This document shows positions 8,760-16,908 of a stretch of 58,911 nucleotides of DNA, in pieces (position 1 is the first letter of the stretch; each line of letters starts with the position of its first letter). The notes under the pieces are model-generated. The model searched no databases. It was not told the origin of the DNA and worked only from the letters and a program-made list of their open reading frames with translations. The position numbers and the translations under genes are program-made. Origin of the DNA: a virus. The stretch covers positions 1 to 58,911 of IMG/VR virus record IMGVR_UViG_3300026316_000001; one strand, written 5' to 3'.

Positions 8760-9038
8760 ATGACCAGAAAGAAGACCGTCGCGCTGATCGGCGCCGCCGC
8801 GCTCGGCCTGACCGCGCTCACCGGTTGCGGCAGCATGGGCAAGGTCAGCGAACCGTTCAACGACGCGCCCCGCTCCAACGTCCAGAACGGCAACGCGGCC
8901 GACATCGTGACCTTTCCCGATGGCTTCTCCAACGTGAGCACGAAGTGCGACCACGGGAACCGGGTCTACGTGGCGTTCCACGGGGACAGCGCGTACGCGG
9001 CCATTGCGATCGTGGCGCAAGACCCGACCTGCCGCTAA
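8760..9038 (+). CDS. Lipoprotein (92 aa)
   Basis: MTRKKTVALIGAAALGLTALTGCGS = signal peptide plus lipobox L-T-G-C; CCACCTGGAGG (8741-8751) upstream. Confidence 0.7.
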   Translation: MTRKKTVALIGAAALGLTALTGCGSMGKVSEPFNDAPRSNVQNGNAADIVTFPDGFSNVSTKCDHGNRVYVAFHGDSAYAAIAIVAQDPTCR

Positions 9039-9075
9039 GCGGGGGCAGATCCTCCGATCGACACCCCGAAGGGAG

Positions 9076-9210
9076 GTGAAGACTCTGAGACCGATCGCCA
9101 TGATCGTCCTGGCCGGCGCGCTGCTTCTGTTCGCCTGGACGGGGCCGACCCTGACCCCCAGCCAGCCATGCGTCCGTAGCTGCCAGCACCTGGCGGACTA
9201 CGACTACTGA
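9076..9210 (+). CDS. Small membrane protein (start uncertain: GTG 9076 or ATG 9100)
   Basis: (VKTLRPIA)MIVLAGALLLFAWTG hydrophobic; high GC3; last plus-strand gene before the terminator. Confidence 0.4.
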   Translation: MKTLRPIAMIVLAGALLLFAWTGPTLTPSQPCVRSCQHLADYDY

Positions 9211-9223
9211 CCGACAACACACC

Positions 9224-9256
9224 GAGGGCCGCCCCAGGATCGCTGGGACGGCCCTC
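9224..9256. terminator. Bidirectional hairpin between convergent blocks
   Basis: gagggccgccccag...ctgggacggccctc between the plus gene ending 9210 and the minus gene ending 9281. Confidence 0.55.
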
Positions 9257-9280
9257 TGGTGAACCGAGGTCGGGGCAAGC

Positions 9281-9628
9281 CTACCCGCCACCGGGCAGCG
9301 GCCCCAGCTTGGGAAGCTGGCTCGGGTCGGCCACGATCAGGCCCGACATGGCTCGCCTGGCCTCCACCACCTTCTCGTTGATCTGACGGTGGATGTGGTC
9401 GGCGAATCCCGGCGCGTTGTCCAGCTCCATCTGGATCTGGACGGCCAGGCCGCCGACCTGGAACATCACGGCCATGCGCAGCTTGCCGTCGGGGCCGGGG
9501 AAGACCTGGACCGCCGTCGTGACCTGGTTGAGCGCGGCCACCGCCTGCTGCATCTGGACGGTCAGCCGCTCGATCTCAGCGGTCAACTGCTCGCGCGTGG
9601 GGCCTTCCTGCTGGACCTCCTCGCTCAC
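9281..9628 (-). CDS. Coiled-coil protein, last gene of the lysis region (115 aa)
   Basis: GTGA overlap with the upstream stop; VSEEVQQEGPTREQLTAEIERLTVQMQQAVAALNQV. Confidence 0.55.
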   Translation of the reverse strand: MSEEVQQEGPTREQLTAEIERLTVQMQQAVAALNQVTTAVQVFPGPDGKLRMAVMFQVGGLAVQIQMELDNAPGFADHIHRQINEKVVEARRAMSGLIVADPSQLPKLGPLPGGG

Positions 9629-9933
9629 GGGCCGGACACCCGAACCTTCGGCACCAGCGGCACCAGCTCGCCCGTGACCTGGTTCTCGGCCTTCGGGTCG
9701 GCCAGCGGGGTGACTTTCCCGTGGGCCAGCTTGCCCAGCACGATCGTCAGGAGCGCGATGGCCAGCGTCGTCCAGGTGACCTTCTCGCCCGTGATCACCT
9801 TCTGCCACACCAGCAGCGCGTCACCGCTGGTCAGGAGCGCTACGACGGCCGTCATCCAGGCCACCGGGAACCTGTTCAGGATCGACTTCTTCGGCACGTG
9901 TTCCCCCTTCGGGTACATGTTGTGTGCCGCCAT
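9625..9933 (-). CDS. Holin-like 2-TM membrane protein (102 aa)
   Basis: FPVAWMTAVVALLTSGDALLVW and VTWTTLAIALLTIVLGKLA spans; GC3 stays high from ATG 9933 onward. Confidence 0.55.
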   Translation of the reverse strand: MAAHNMYPKGEHVPKKSILNRFPVAWMTAVVALLTSGDALLVWQKVITGEKVTWTTLAIALLTIVLGKLAHGKVTPLADPKAENQVTGELVPLVPKVRVSGP

Positions 9934-10228
9934 TCAACCACTCGCCGGCCGGGTGCTGCACCCTCCAGGTGATCACCAGACGCCAGGCCAGTACCACGTC
10001 CAGCGCGCCGAGGGTCACCGCGAACACCCACGGCGGAACCCGCAACACGATGTTGAGCAGCGAGATCCCCATGTTGACGGCGAGCACCAGGGATTTGGCC
10101 AGCAGGTTCCGGCCGATCGCGTACCGGCGCCACTCCGGCGAGCCGAGACCGTACAGCAGAACGAAGCCCAGGCTCATCAGGAAGCCTAGGCCCAGTTCCA
10201 CCACGAATATGAAGATCAGGTTGGGCAC
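9821..10228 (-). CDS. 4-TM membrane protein (135 aa); its tail overlaps the next gene by 113 nt
   Basis: GTG directly after TAG; IFIFVVELGLGFLMSLGFVLLYGL and further spans; GC3 collapses in the last ~37 codons. Confidence 0.55.
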   Translation of the reverse strand: MPNLIFIFVVELGLGFLMSLGFVLLYGLGSPEWRRYAIGRNLLAKSLVLAVNMGISLLNIVLRVPPWVFAVTLGALDVVLAWRLVITWRVQHPAGEWLNGGTQHVPEGGTRAEEVDPEQVPGGLDDGRRSAPDQR

Positions 10229-10435
10229 CTACCCAGCCTTTCCGGTCGGACGCATCGACCGCAACACGATCTCAGCCAGATCATTCCCGGCCTTCTCCAC
10301 CTCACCGGACCGCCGCAGGATCTGCTCGGTCATCACCTCGGTCTGCTCGCGTGCCCGTGCGACGGTCGCGCCGCTGCGCTCGATCTCGTGCACGTCCGGC
10401 TCCTCTCGCCGCCACGGGGGCCACCGCCACCTCAT
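10229..10435 (-). CDS. Hypothetical protein (68 aa)
   Basis: ATGA overlap with the upstream stop. Confidence 0.45.
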   Translation of the reverse strand: MRWRWPPWRREEPDVHEIERSGATVARAREQTEVMTEQILRRSGEVEKAGNDLAEIVLRSMRPTGKAG

Positions 10436-10725
10436 GCCGCTCCAGCCTCCCGGGCTTTGCGGATCGAGTCGAGCACCGTGGTGAGCTGTTCGTTGAGCGT
10501 GGAGTTAATTCTGACCTGCTGGAAATACAGGTCTTGCCACTCTTTGTTGCGGTTCGCCAACTCCTCGTTACGCGTCTCGTACACCTGGATCACTCGCTGA
10601 TGCTCGCGTACCGGGATCAGCCGGCCCTGTAAGAGCATCCGTACCCCGTACCCGAGCACTCCCAACAGGCCAGTGATGACGGTGCCGAGGATCCCCCAGA
10701 GCCGCAGCTCCTCGCCGGATAACAC
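10432..10725 (-). CDS. Single-TM plus coiled-coil lysis-associated protein (97 aa)
   Basis: GTG after GGGGAGGG; LRLWGILGTVITGLLGVLGYGV TM span then a helical region; sits immediately after the endolysin. Confidence 0.55.
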   Translation of the reverse strand: MLSGEELRLWGILGTVITGLLGVLGYGVRMLLQGRLIPVREHQRVIQVYETRNEELANRNKEWQDLYFQQVRINSTLNEQLTTVLDSIRKAREAGAA

Positions 10726-10803
10726 CGCTCGCGCCCTCCCCGTGATCGGTTGCCCGGATCGTACGGGGAGAGCGCGAGCTGCGACCAGAGGCGACCGGCC
10801 AGG

Positions 10804-11574
10804 TTAGAACGTGCCGGCGTTCAGGCGACGCTGGAGCGCCTGCACGCACTGCGAGCGGGGCAGGCTCAGCACGCCGTCCTGCGCGGTGCCGAGGTAGCGC
10901 TGAAGCGCGCGGGTGGTGCTGAACGCGCTGTGCCCGTCCTGGTTGATGCCCTGCCCGTCCACGGCCAGCCCGGCGTGAACCAGCCGGTTCAGGTACACCT
11001 GGACAGCCCGCACGAGATCGGAGTGGCCGGGCGGCTGCGTGATGAAGCCGTCCACGGGGGTACCCATCCGCCGCTGCCACGCGGAGATCGTCATCGACCC
11101 GAGGACACCGTCCTCGTCCAGGTGGCCCGACGGTGGGCCGCCGGTCGGCCCCTGCGCCAGGGCCAGGTTCCACGGTGCGGTGCTGTGCTCGGCGGCGTGG
11201 TCGTACCCGGTGCAGGTGCGTCCGCTGTAGCAGGCGGAGCCGTGCCGGCCGGAGACGTGGACATGACTGGTGTGCGGGTCGCTGCCGGTGTACGCACGGG
11301 GCGCCCAGCCGTGCGACGCGGACCAGATCGTCCGGTTGTGGATCACGTACTCCACGTCCGGGCGACCCACCGCCGCGTTGACGATGGCCTTGGCCTGCTC
11401 GGTACCGGCCGGCGTCATCGGGTCGATGGCGTGCACCACACCACAGTCATCCTCGTTGTGGTCGGAGCAGCTTGCCTGGTGCGCGGAGTCCCCGATCCAA
11501 CCGACGACGGTACCGGGGAAGGCCGTCCAGATGGAGTGTCGGGCGGCGTCGAGGTTCGCGGCGAGGGTGGCCAT
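10804..11574 (-). CDS. Endolysin: zinc peptidase (M15/VanY-like) plus two peptidoglycan-binding repeats
   Basis: SAHQASCSDH...AID...DPHTSHVHVS (H-x-D and H-x-H metal ligands); DGVLGSMTISAWQRRMGTPVDG and a second PG_binding_1-like repeat. Confidence 0.75.
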   Translation of the reverse strand: MATLAANLDAARHSIWTAFPGTVVGWIGDSAHQASCSDHNEDDCGVVHAIDPMTPAGTEQAKAIVNAAVGRPDVEYVIHNRTIWSASHGWAPRAYTGSDPHTSHVHVSGRHGSACYSGRTCTGYDHAAEHSTAPWNLALAQGPTGGPPSGHLDEDGVLGSMTISAWQRRMGTPVDGFITQPPGHSDLVRAVQVYLNRLVHAGLAVDGQGINQDGHSAFSTTRALQRYLGTAQDGVLSLPRSQCVQALQRRLNAGTF

Positions 11575-11577
11575 GCC

Positions 11578-11727
11578 TCAGCCCTCCGTCGGCTGCGTGG
11601 TCGCCGGCTCCTGGGAACCGTCGAGGACCGGGTCCGCCACCGGCTCGCCGATGTGGTCGAGCGGGTTCTCATCGCTGGCGTGCGCGGGCGGGGCCTGGTC
11701 GTCGTGCTGTGCATCCTGATCGGTCAT
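11578..11727 (-). CDS. Small acidic hypothetical protein (49 aa; below the ORF-track cutoff)
   Basis: Translated by hand: MTDQDAQHDDQAPPAHASDENPLDHIGEPVADPVLDGSQEPATTQPTEG; strongly G/C-biased third positions. Confidence 0.45.
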   Translation of the reverse strand: MTDQDAQHDDQAPPAHASDENPLDHIGEPVADPVLDGSQEPATTQPTEG

Positions 11728-11742
11728 GTTCAGCAGCGTAAC

Positions 11743-11973
11743 TCAGCAGCAGCGGCTCTTGCCGAGGACCAGCCAGGTGGAATCTTGACGAAACACGGCC
11801 ACGTCGTCCCCGACCACGGCGGTGTAGCTGGAGAGGGTGGCGGCCGGGCCGACCGTCGCCCCGTTGAGCGTGATCATGACGCCGCCCGCACCGAGCACCG
11901 AGGCGACCTTGGCCATGCGCAGCCCGTTGATTACCGGCAGGTCGTTGACGGACTCGCTGAGCTCCTTCGGCAC
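11743..11973 (-). CDS. Small tail-region protein (76 aa)
   Basis: GTG 7 nt after AAGGAGGAAGG; VPKELSESVNDLPVINGLRMAKVASVLGAGGVMITLNG. Confidence 0.55.
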   Translation of the reverse strand: MPKELSESVNDLPVINGLRMAKVASVLGAGGVMITLNGATVGPAATLSSYTAVVGDDVAVFRQDSTWLVLGKSRCC

Positions 11974-11990
11974 GGGACCTTCCTCCTTGA

Positions 11991-12596
11991 TCAGCTCAGG
12001 GCGAGCGGAAACGCCCAGAAGATGTGCGGCACCGAGTTGATCGCGGGACCGGCGGCCGTCCCCTGCCAGAAGACGCCCGAGGTGACGAAGTCGCCTACCG
12101 CCATGACCATCGGCGCGGTACACAGGCAGTCCACGGTGCCGGATGCCCCCCCGGTGAAGCCGGGGTACTTGTGTCGGCGGTAGTTCGGTACAGCCGGCGC
12201 CACGGTGGTGTTCTTGGCCACGGTGGCCTCACCGGAGAAGATGGCCAGGCCGCCCGAGCCGGCGTTGTCGATCGTCCACAGCAGACCGAACATCCACAGC
12301 CCGGCCAAGCCGGCGGGGATCGTGAACCGGTCGTTGTTGACGCCCAGGTTGGTCAGGCCCAGCGGATCCCAGTTCACGGTGTCGTACGTGAGCTTCGTAT
12401 AGACCGACTTGGTTATGTTGGGCGCGGTGGTATTGGTGATTCGGGCACCGCGCCGGGTTAGAGCGGTTGCGCGCAGAGCATCGTCAGCAGTGGCCATGGT
12501 GTCCAGGTCAAACACCATCGCCATGACCGCCTGCGGATCGCCGGCCTCACTGAATAGCGGATAGCGGATCCCTTTACCTGGAGTTATCGCTGGCAT
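11991..12596 (-). CDS. Minor tail/tail-tip protein, paralog 3 (201 aa)
   Basis: N-terminus MPAITPGKGIRYP is shared with the two upstream genes; position in the tail module. Confidence 0.6.
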   Translation of the reverse strand: MPAITPGKGIRYPLFSEAGDPQAVMAMVFDLDTMATADDALRATALTRRGARITNTTAPNITKSVYTKLTYDTVNWDPLGLTNLGVNNDRFTIPAGLAGLWMFGLLWTIDNAGSGGLAIFSGEATVAKNTTVAPAVPNYRRHKYPGFTGGASGTVDCLCTAPMVMAVGDFVTSGVFWQGTAAGPAINSVPHIFWAFPLALS

Positions 12597-12597
12597 A

Positions 12598-13260
12598 TCA
12601 CACGACCCCCAGCCGGACGCCCCAGAACGTGGTGCCCGCGATCGACTGCTTGGTCTGCGTCCCCGTATCCCGATTGCCGAAGGTCGGGAAGATCTGAGCC
12701 TTGTAGCACGGCACGATCAGGTGCGCCGTGAAGAACTCCGCACCCGTGTTGGTCTCGCTGGTCTGGCTGCCGTAGGTGACCTGCGAGGTGCTGGCCGGGA
12801 AGGTCGGCAGCGGGAAGGCGGCGCCGTCGCCGAGCGCCGTCGTGGCCACCAGCCCGGTGACCGGGTCCAGCGAGGTGACCGTGAACAGGGCCTCCAGGGG
12901 CGTGCCGGTGGTCGGGGTACCGGAGGCGACCCCGGTGAAGATGTTCAGGCCGAACAGCCACAAGCTCTGCACCTCGTTCGGGTCCTGGTTCCAGGTCCCG
13001 CTGCTGTTGATCGTGCCGCCGGAGGTGTTCCACTCCACGACCGCCGTGGTGATCGCCAGGCCGTTGCCGTTGCCGAAGGCCGAGCTGTTCGCGCTCGCGC
13101 GCACGAGGAAGGCCGGCGGACGCGGCCCAGCCGTGAAGGCCAGGTCGTACGCGACGAACGCGGCATCGGCCGCAAGCGCGAGGTCGCGGAACGATCGCGG
13201 GTCGGAGAAGTCGGTACCGAGCTGGTACGGGATGCCCTTGACGGTGGTGATCGCGCTCAC
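12598..13260 (-). CDS. Minor tail/tail-tip protein, paralog 2 (220 aa)
   Basis: MSAITTVKGIPYQLGTD; GTG after AGGAGG. Confidence 0.6.
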   Translation of the reverse strand: MSAITTVKGIPYQLGTDFSDPRSFRDLALAADAAFVAYDLAFTAGPRPPAFLVRASANSSAFGNGNGLAITTAVVEWNTSGGTINSSGTWNQDPNEVQSLWLFGLNIFTGVASGTPTTGTPLEALFTVTSLDPVTGLVATTALGDGAAFPLPTFPASTSQVTYGSQTSETNTGAEFFTAHLIVPCYKAQIFPTFGNRDTGTQTKQSIAGTTFWGVRLGVV

Positions 13261-13272
13261 CGACGCCTCCTG

Positions 13273-13851
13273 TCACGCATCGGCGAACCACCACGCCGCA
13301 ACGCTGGCGTAGTTGATATTGAACACGGAGGCACCCGGCGGGATGACCGAGAGGGACACCTTGCCCGTCCCACTGGGCACGTACATCTGGTCGTGCCAGG
13401 TGATGCAGATCGGCGTGTACGTGCCGCCGAAGTCCCGGGCCGTGATGTTCGAGGTGCTCATGAGCTGTGCGCTGCTTCCGCTCAGCCGGGCCTGGAAGTC
13501 GCCCCCGGATGACTGCGTCGGGATGATCAGCTTGGCGTACAGCAGGTAGAAACCGGCGGCGAGCTGGACGCGGTACGGGTCCACGGTCAAGTCGGTCGGG
13601 GTGCCGTTGTTCGTCTCGACCGTGTCAAAGAGCATGTCTCCCCCCTGGTTGCTGTCGTAGGAGAACGTCGGCGAGCCCGAGCGCGAGACCTTGACGTACT
13701 TGCGCTTGGCCAGACGGGCGGTGTCGGTGTCGAAGCCCTGGAATTTGGTGTCCAGCGCCGAGGCCAGTGCCAGCATGGTGGTCGGCCAGTTGCAGGGAGG
13801 ATCGGAGGCCACCGGGTACGGGAAGCCCTGGTTGGGTGTGGTGCCCGACAA
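13273..13851 (-). CDS. Minor tail/tail-tip protein, paralog 1 (192 aa)
   Basis: MSGTTPNQGFPYPVASD; TTG start after GAGGAGGGCGGG. Confidence 0.6.
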   Translation of the reverse strand: MSGTTPNQGFPYPVASDPPCNWPTTMLALASALDTKFQGFDTDTARLAKRKYVKVSRSGSPTFSYDSNQGGDMLFDTVETNNGTPTDLTVDPYRVQLAAGFYLLYAKLIIPTQSSGGDFQARLSGSSAQLMSTSNITARDFGGTYTPICITWHDQMYVPSGTGKVSLSVIPPGASVFNINYASVAAWWFADA

Positions 13852-13861
13852 CCCGCCCTCC

Positions 13862-14986
13862 TCAGCTCAGCGGCGCGTACGCGCGCAGCTTGATCGACAT
13901 GTCCGACCCTTCACGCAGGGGCAGCGTAAAGCCGGTGATGCACTGGGTGCTGGTGATCCCATCCCCTGTGATCGTGAGGATATCGCCCAGCTCCAGCGAC
14001 GGGTCCGGGGTGATCCGCAGGTCATCGAAGTTGACCGTCAGCGCCTTGCTGGACTGAAGCACGGTCTTGGCCGCCGCCGCGCACTGCGCCTGCGTGAGCG
14101 GTACCTGGTTCTGGATCTGGCGCACGCGCCTGCCCAGCGGGCCACCGTAGCGGGTCGGCGAGTTCAGCACCGTATCCCGCGCGATGGCGTACGCGCCGGC
14201 CGCACCCTGGCGCTCGGCCGAGTAGACGATCGCGTTGGCCACGCCCTGCCTGGTGACGGTCATCTTGTAGTCGGTCACGATGTCCTGGTCGCTCATGCTC
14301 AGCGCGGAACTCTGCCCCGGCTTCGTCCAGGGCAGCAGCCGCATCACGAAGGAGCCGTCCGGCAGCGGGTACCAGATCATGCCGGCGGCCGAGGCCACGT
14401 CATCCAGTGCCTTGCCTCGGTCAGACTCCCAGATCAACGCTGGCATGGTCGAGCTGGTCGCGTCGCTGGTGCCGAACGTCGGGTTGGTCAGCGCGCCCTT
14501 GATCAAGGTCTGGTACTGGGTGAGCAGCTTGACCCCGGCCGAGGAGTTGGTGGGCATCTCGAAGCCGGCGGCGATCACGTCAGCGGCCAGGTCGTACGCC
14601 CCCACCGCCACGTCGCCCTTCCTGGACAGCGACACGGTGTCCAGGTGGCCGGTGAAGACGGGGAAGCTGGACACGGAGCCGTCACCCCAGGCGATGCCCC
14701 GGTACACCTTGACCTGGTTGCCGAACGGAGACAGCGTGGCAGTGGTGTCGGGGGTGCCGTTGGCCAGCACCGGGAACCAGGAGCGATCCACGGTGAACCG
14801 CAGGGTGCGCGCCACGCGGGACTGCAGGGTCGCCTCGATGCTGCCGTCCACGAACGGCAGATCCTGCTTCACCAGGACGCCCGTGCTGTCCAGGATGTCC
14901 ATTCGGATGTAGGCGGTGTACCCGGCAGCGAGGGCCGCGCGGTATGTAACGTCGGTCCCGTCGCCGGAGACGCTTCTCCAGACCAT
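13862..14986 (-). CDS. Minor tail protein in the Tal/baseplate-hub position (374 aa)
   Basis: TGATG overlap with the upstream stop; MVWRSVSGDGTDVTYRAALAAGY; second gene after the tape measure. Confidence 0.6.
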   Translation of the reverse strand: MVWRSVSGDGTDVTYRAALAAGYTAYIRMDILDSTGVLVKQDLPFVDGSIEATLQSRVARTLRFTVDRSWFPVLANGTPDTTATLSPFGNQVKVYRGIAWGDGSVSSFPVFTGHLDTVSLSRKGDVAVGAYDLAADVIAAGFEMPTNSSAGVKLLTQYQTLIKGALTNPTFGTSDATSSTMPALIWESDRGKALDDVASAAGMIWYPLPDGSFVMRLLPWTKPGQSSALSMSDQDIVTDYKMTVTRQGVANAIVYSAERQGAAGAYAIARDTVLNSPTRYGGPLGRRVRQIQNQVPLTQAQCAAAAKTVLQSSKALTVNFDDLRITPDPSLELGDILTITGDGITSTQCITGFTLPLREGSDMSIKLRAYAPLS

Positions 14987-16908
14987 CAGGCCAGCGCCCC
15001 GTCCATGATCCCCTGCCAGCTCGTGGCGCCCTTGACCTGGTAATCCTCGACCAGCACGGTGATCGGTAGCGTGTTGGTGTTGCCGGTGTTCGCCCGCGCG
15101 TACACGCCATACGGCGCGGCAGCGGCCAGCGCGGCGTCCGTGGTGGCCACCGAGAACTCGACAGGCTCGGGGGTTCCGTCCTTCCAGCCGGAGACCTTCA
15201 GCGCGGTACCGGCGATCAAGGCATGGATGCGCCAGGTCTGGCCGGCTGCGTACGTCGGCCCGGCGACCGAGGCCACCACGGTCTCCACCGCCGCGACCCG
15301 CTTCGTCACGAAGATGAGGGTGGCGCCGGCCAGACCGAACTCGATCCCCAGGCGGTAGTAGTTGCTGGAGTCCACGTGCCGCGCCAGCACCGCCACCTGG
15401 TATCCCGCGCCGAGCGCCACCACGGGCGGGATGACGGTCAGGTACTGCTCGGTGTCCGCCGCCGAGCCGATGAACGCACGGTCCGAGGTGTTGACCGCCG
15501 ACAGCGCGATGACCCCCGCCGTGCCGTTGACAGACATGTCCGTCGTTATGCCGCCGAGGGTGTAGGTCGCCCCGCCACTCGGGGGGGCATCCGGCGCCCC
15601 CCAGGAGCCGGCGCCCACCGTGCGGCCGAACCCGTCGTAGGTACCGCCGTTGAACGCATACACGGCGCCCCAGGTGGCCGCATGGACGCACAGATCCTGC
15701 CAGCGCACACCCTGGACACCCTGCATCGGTCCGGCCGGCGAGAGGACCGTGGCGAACGGGAACGAGATCAGCCGGGCCGCCCGGCGCTGGTCGTTGAATA
15801 CGTACGACTCGCCGGAATTGCCGGGGAATACGTAGGCGTCGTCACGCCCGTACGCCGAGGGAAGCTGGAGCAGCAGCGACGAACCGGGAGCCAGCAGGGT
15901 CGCCAGGGCGCTCACGTCGGCGGCCGACCGGCCGAGCAGCCGCAAGCTGGATGTGGGCGCCTCGCGTAGACGCGACACCGGTACCGGATACGCCGAGTTG
16001 TTGACGTTGAACGTGGCCCCGTTGGCCGCCGAGGCACGATCGCCCAGGCCGAGGAAACCCACCCCCGAGGCGCGCGAGAAGTTGGGCCGGCGGCAGTCGA
16101 TCTGGATGTTGTTGCCCGGCCGCACCGGATCCTTCAGCCAGCCGTTGCCGTTGCTCGGGACGATCACCACCGAGCTGGTCACGCTCACGTTGACCGTGGT
16201 CGAGATCGTCGCCTCATCGATCCACCACGGGTTGCCGGCCGCCGGGGTACCGGGGTCGTTGGTCTTGATCCTGGCGAAGAGGGCGTTGGCCGGCGCGTTG
16301 TAGGCGATCGGCCCGTACTGCGTCCAGATGCCGGCCAGCAGCGCGGTGCTCACCGTGTTGGCCGAGATGAAGGCGTGGCCCGCGTCGAACCAGAAGATGC
16401 CGGCCACGCGGGTGGCGTTGGATGTGGTGCGCAGCCAGGCCCCGAAGGTGTAACTCTTCAGCGGGGTCACCGCGATCTCGTCGCTCTGCGCCTGCGGGAC
16501 GGCGGTTATTCCATCTGGAGTGATGAGGCCGGACCAGAGGCCCTGGTGCGCCTGCGAGTTGGTCACGGTGACGATGGCGTTGTTCTGCCCCGCCCACTGC
16601 CCCTTCGTGCCGTTCTCGAAGTACGGGTTGAGGTTCTGCACGACCAGCGCGGAGCCGGAGTTGTACGCGGCGGTGTACTGGAGCGGCACGTCCAGCGCCG
16701 CCTCGGTGTCGTAGAGCACCAGGCGGCCCAGCAGCGTCGTGGGCGCCCCGCTGCTGGTCGAGCCGTACGAGCGGACCACCGTGCTTACGCCGGTCAGGAG
16801 GTTGGTCCTGGTCACGGTCACGGCCGGCGCCATCACGTCGGACAGGTCGATGTCCAGGCGCACCTGCGCCCGCCTGCTGTCGACGGTGGCGACGATCGAG
16901 GACATCAC
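14986..16908 (-). CDS. Distal-tail (Dit)-position minor tail protein with carbohydrate-binding-like insertions (640 aa)
   Basis: GTGA overlap with the tape-measure stop; NPYFENGTKGQWAGQNNAIVTVTNSQAHQGLWSG looks CBM-like; C-terminal lectin-like region. Confidence 0.6.
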   Translation of the reverse strand: MMSSIVATVDSRRAQVRLDIDLSDVMAPAVTVTRTNLLTGVSTVVRSYGSTSSGAPTTLLGRLVLYDTEAALDVPLQYTAAYNSGSALVVQNLNPYFENGTKGQWAGQNNAIVTVTNSQAHQGLWSGLITPDGITAVPQAQSDEIAVTPLKSYTFGAWLRTTSNATRVAGIFWFDAGHAFISANTVSTALLAGIWTQYGPIAYNAPANALFARIKTNDPGTPAAGNPWWIDEATISTTVNVSVTSSVVIVPSNGNGWLKDPVRPGNNIQIDCRRPNFSRASGVGFLGLGDRASAANGATFNVNNSAYPVPVSRLREAPTSSLRLLGRSAADVSALATLLAPGSSLLLQLPSAYGRDDAYVFPGNSGESYVFNDQRRAARLISFPFATVLSPAGPMQGVQGVRWQDLCVHAATWGAVYAFNGGTYDGFGRTVGAGSWGAPDAPPSGGATYTLGGITTDMSVNGTAGVIALSAVNTSDRAFIGSAADTEQYLTVIPPVVALGAGYQVAVLARHVDSSNYYRLGIEFGLAGATLIFVTKRVAAVETVVASVAGPTYAAGQTWRIHALIAGTALKVSGWKDGTPEPVEFSVATTDAALAAAAPYGVYARANTGNTNTLPITVLVEDYQVKGATSWQGIMDGALA

